Positions 60,311 through 64,000 of a stretch of 64,000 nt of DNA are shown in pieces. Each line of letters begins with the position of its first letter. The first letter of the stretch is position 1. The stretch is taken from the NCBI RefSeq assembly GCF_011386835.1, contig NC_088801.1, positions 1,860,001 to 1,924,000 on the forward strand. The letters run 5' to 3'. Below the pieces are notes generated by a model, which ran no database searches, was not told the origin of the DNA, and saw only the letters and a list, made by a program, of their open reading frames with translations. The stretch comes from Chrysemys picta bellii. Taxonomy: Eukaryota. Position numbers and translations under genes: made by a program.

Positions 60311-60438
60311 CAGTGCAACTTGAAGAAGTGGGGTTTTTACCCACGAAAGCTTGTGCCCAAATAAACCTATTATTCTTTGAGGTGCCACCGGACTCCTTGT
60401 TGTTTTTGTGGGTGCAGACGAACACGGCTGCCCCCTGA
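60311..60438 (+). mobile_element. Penelope-like terminal fragment with a degenerate hammerhead-ribozyme motif
   Basis: gca-act-TGAAGA-a-gtggg-gttttt-acccac-GAAA-gcttg-tgc, followed by ...ggtgccaccggactcc...aacacggct, the same family ends as at 49129. Confidence 0.6.
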
Positions 60439-61304
60439 TCCTGGGGGGAGACGTTAGCTGAGATGGGGGCGGGGGCTGTTGGTGCTGTTTACCCGTTCCT
60501 CAAGGACAAACCAAGCCGCAGGCACGCCCAAGGGGAGACGCAGCATCAGTCTCAGGTGTGGACGTTCATTTGCAATGTCACTGCGGGCAAACCCCAGGCC
60601 TGGTGCTCGGCAGATTCATAGCAGCATCGGGCTGTTTAGGGCCTGGCTTTCTGGTGCCACCTTGGTCCCAGGCTCCGGCAGCTGCAAGAGATGCCGTCGT
60701 GGTCAGCTGAGCCAGGCTCCTGTTCGACAGAAGGCGAAAGGAGAGAGAGAAGAAGGAGAATCATAAGGGAGGGAAGAAAAAGGGCCCCTGGGAGTTTGGG
60801 GGCGTGTTTGGGATTCAGCCAAGGCCAGGGGAAGTGGCAGTGTCGTGTGGGTCCCTCTTGGCCCAGTCTGCTCCAACACCTCTCGGGATCCAGACAGCAG
60901 AGGCCCAAGGATGTCTCGGTGGCTCCTGGGGGGTAGCCAGGCTGGGCATTCGCGTCTGGCCAGCTTTTCTCCAAAGTCTCTTCTTGTGAGGATCCCAAAA
61001 GGCTGCGCTGGGCGGCTTGGCCCGCCCCCTCCTAAGCTGGGCTGCTGCTGGGGGCACCCCGGGCTGTGGGTGGGGAGCACCAAGGCCTGGCAGCTGGGCT
61101 CTGCCACTGCCTGGGGGGGCGTTTGGCTCCAGGCGGCTGGGAGGGTCCTCAGCCAAGGGGGGCAGAGAGCCGTTAGGAGGAGCCGTCTGCAGCGGTGCCC
61201 GTCCCCCAGCCTGGCACAGGGATGGGTGATTCCTTCCGCCGGCTGCGTCCAGCATCTCCCCTGCACAGGCGCTGGGGGAGCGGGTGCAGATCGGACCAAG
61301 GGCT

Positions 61305-61365
61305 GGGGCTCAGACCAAGGGCTGGGGCTCGGACCAAGGGCTGGGGCTCGGACCAAGGGCTGGGG
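61305..61365. repeat. 19-bp x3 tandem repeat
   Basis: gaccaagggctggggctc(a/g) repeated three times. Confidence 0.85.
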
Positions 61366-61466
61366 CTCGTGCACCCTGGGTGTGGTCCCACGGCACTGCC
61401 TAGAGGTCACAGCACCAAGTCTGGGAGAGGGGGGAAGGAGGCAGTGAGCGGTTCCTTGCAAGGCCG

Positions 61467-61505
61467 GGTTAATGGCTAACCGGCCGGGGGCTCGGGCAAA
61501 GGTCA
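61467..61505 (+). promoter_or_regulatory. HNF1-like plus HNF4/DR1-like sites in the putative SLC23A3 proximal promoter
   Basis: GGTTAATGGCTAACC at 61467-61481 and GGGCAAAGGTCA at 61494-61505, 115-155 nt upstream of the ATG. Confidence 0.55.
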
Positions 61506-61620
61506 CCTCCACTCAGCCTGAACTCCCAGCCCTGCTCTGGCCCCCGCGGGGGCAAGTGGCCCTCCCCCGGCTGCCATGCCCTGGGCCAGACGGAAGCAGG
61601 GAGCATAGGGAAGGGGCAGC

Positions 61621-63763
61621 ATGAATGGGGGCTGCTGCAGGAGCGCTGCCTCCCGGAGCCCTGTGTGCGCCTCCTACTCCCTGCTGAAGACGCCCCCCTG
61701 GGGCCTAAGCTGCTGCTTCGCCCTGCAGGTGAGAGATGCCGCAGGCATGCCGCTGGCAGGGGATGGGCTCGCTGCCTGCGGTGGGGCAGGGACAAGCCCT
61801 GACACCCCAGGGCCCGGGATGGGCGGGGGGTGGGATGTGACCGTGCCTGGCGGGACGGTCGAGAGCTCCGAGGGCGGGAGAGCACCGGCACCATGGCACG
61901 ATGCCCAGACCCTGGAGTATCTAAGGGAAATCCTCAGGAGGGATGAGGAGCCGGGCTCGGCTGGGGGCAACTCCGAGCCGGTTCTCTGCCCGTGGAGGGG
62001 GCTGGGGCAGCCGTTCGGGAATGGGTCTGGCCTGGCACTTCCTGCGGCTCAGCAGGGCAGGTGCCAGCGTGGTGCTGGGATCCCCGTCGGCGCTGGGGGA
62101 AGGATGTGGTCAAGATAGAGCTCCCCCCAGCCCTCCGCTGCAGTGCCGAGAGTCCCAGGGACCGTCCAGCCCCTCCCTGGCCGCCGGCTGCACCCTCAAG
62201 GAATGAGACGGGGCTGGCTGGTCCCCCCAGCCCAGCCCTGGCACCAGCCTGGCGTGATCAGGCCCCCAGCTCTGTGGTACATGTTCCCCCAGCGTTTCAC
62301 TGAAGCCTCTTGCAGTCCGGCCGCCTGCAGCTGGGCAGCTCACCCTGTTCCAGGAACCCCCCCTTCCCCTGGGGCTCGGCCCCTCAGCCCCATTTTGTGG
62401 GGGGAAACCGAGGCACAGGGAGGGGCTGGCCAGATTTTCAGTCCCCTGGGGTCTGGCCCTATGTGAGGGGCTGTGGGTCTCGCAGGGCTGGGACCTGGTG
62501 CTCTGCCTTGCCGGCTGCTCTCGCTCCGAGCTGGCTCTTGGGGTTACAGCCTCGGTTTCTACCAAATGGGAAGGTTGAGTCTCTAGCAGGTGATGGGAGC
62601 GTTAAAGGGGCCAGCACAGGGCTGATGGAGCCAGTTGGGACTGAGGGGCACCAGCACAGCAATGGCGGGGGGCAGCCCAGGGCTGGGCTGGCAGGGGGCT
62701 GCGGGTCGGGAGTGAGGGGCACCGGCAGAGCTGGGGGTGGGGGGAGCCCAGGGCTGGGCTAGCAGGGGCTGCGGGTCGGGAGTGAGGGGCACCGGCAGAG
62801 CTGGGGGGAGCCCAGGGCAAGGGTGACAGGGGGCTGCGGGTCGGGAGTGAGGGGCACCGGCAGAGCTGGCGGGGGGCAGCCCAGGGCTGGGCTAGCAGGG
62901 GGGCTGCGGGTCGGGAGTGAGGGGCACCGGCAGAGCTGGGGGAGAGAGCCCAGGGCAAGGGTGACAGGGGGCTGTGGGTCGGGATTGGGGGGAGCAGAGC
63001 TGCAGGGCAAATCTGTGGGTAGGAGGGCAGAGCTGCAGGGCTGGGGGCAAAGCCCGGGGACGGGGCAGAGCCGTGGGGCAGGGGCAGGGGCAGAGCCGTG
63101 GGGTGGGGGGCAGAGCTGCAGGGCAAAGCTGTGGGGCGGAGGGCAGGGGCAGAGCTGTGGGGTGGGGGGTAGAGCTGCAGGGCAGAGCCCCGGGACGGGG
63201 GCAGAGCCGCGGGGCGCCCTATGCTGCACAGTGGCACAAGCCGGTGCCTGCAGTGACTCCCCCTGGCCTCGCTCTCTCCAGCACCTGGCTGTCCAGGCCT
63301 CTCTCCTCTGCATCTTCCACCTGCTCCTGCTCCCAGCGCCCCCCGTCCGGGACCAGAACCGGAACTGGAACGAGCTGCTGGCCCGGAGCCTCTTTGCCTG
63401 TGGGGTCTCCACGGCGCTGCAGACCAGCCTGGGCAGCAGGTGAGTGACGGACCCTGGGGACTCCCACGGGTTGGGGGGGCAGGAGGGGGCCCCCCCTCCC
63501 TGAACCCAGGCACCCGGGGAGAGGGGAGCCAGCATCTGGGCCAAGTGGGTTTGTCTCCCTGCTCCCCCTCCCTCGCCGCTGGATCCTGCCGTGGGGGTGG
63601 GGAGGGGAGGAGCCCCAGCCCTGTTTGCAGCCCCCTCCCCACTTCCCAGCTGATCTGTCTTTGCTGTTGCCTGGCAGGTTGCCCTTGGTTCAAGCGCCAT
63701 CATTCGAGTTCCTGATCCCCGCCATGGTGCTGAGCCACCACATGCCCCACACGACCAGGAACG
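61621..63763 (+). CDS. SLC23A3: Solute carrier family 23 member 3 (nucleobase-ascorbate transporter family), 5' part only
   Basis: Exons 61621-61728 (...PPWGLSCCFALQ), 63282-63439 (HLAVQASLLCIFHLLLL...LLARSLFACGVSTALQTSLGS), 63678-63763 (RLPLVQAPSFEFLIPAMVL). Phases consistent and synteny fits. The start codon is uncertain and the gene runs past the window end. Confidence 0.88.
62660..63210. repeat. G-rich minisatellite/low-complexity tract in SLC23A3 intron 1
   Basis: Repeated ggggctgcgggtcgggagtgaggggcaccggcagagctggg, then ggcagagctgcagggca modules. Confidence 0.9.
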
Positions 63764-63824
63764 GTGAGCAGAGCCCCCGGCATATCGTCCCGGCCCAGCG
63801 GGGACCTGGGCACGCAGGAGCCGG

Positions 63825-64000
63825 CCTGGCCCGGGGGGGGATGTGGGAGCACGGGAGCCGGGCCTGGCCCGGGGGGGACATGGGAGCCAGGCCTGGCCCA
63901 GGGGGGGACATGGGAGCCAGGCCTGGCCCGGGGGGGACATGGGAGCCAGGCCTGGCCCAGGGGGGGACATGGGAGCACGGGAGCCAGGCCTAGCCCAGGC
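63825..64000. repeat. ~29-bp minisatellite running off the window end
   Basis: Repeated ggggggacatgggagccaggcctggccc. Confidence 0.9.

Overview
Eukaryotic (vertebrate) GC-rich genomic DNA. The repeat content (CR1 LINE tails, Penelope-type ends, hAT/Harbinger/TcMar MITEs) suggests a reptile, probably a turtle; this is inference. I spliced five multi-exon genes by hand from GT-AG junctions with consistent phases. In order: (1) an unnamed secreted-protein gene on the minus strand (6767 down to 198, 3' end unresolved); (2) ZFAND2B (minus; CDS 17844-10691), with an apparent 1-nt deletion in coding exon 3; (3) RETREG2/FAM134A (minus; 44619-24381); (4) CNPPD1 (plus; 46561-57866), head-to-head with RETREG2; (5) the first three exons of SLC23A3 (plus; from 61621). 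ZFAND2B-RETREG2-CNPPD1-SLC23A3 is the block found at human 2q35. The best candidate for an undescribed system is gene 1. It has a signal peptide, a Cys-rich N-terminal region and a domain that aligns motif by motif with clan CD / peptidase C13 (legumain-like) proteases, but Ser sits at both catalytic His and Cys positions, and there is an EF-hand-like DxNxNG loop. It looks like a secreted pseudo-protease. Its first intron holds about 16 tandem CTCF-like motifs. Other highlights: a 33-bp x4 CLEAR/UPRE/E2F-like cassette in the RETREG2-CNPPD1 promoter, a 90-bp VNTR that seems to have grown out of a foldback element, a solo LTR with a 31-bp flanking duplication, and hammerhead-ribozyme relics. Most long ORFs in the track are artefacts of GC-rich minisatellites. 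No CRISPR, rRNA or tRNA genes were found. All homology calls come from recalled sequences, not database searches.
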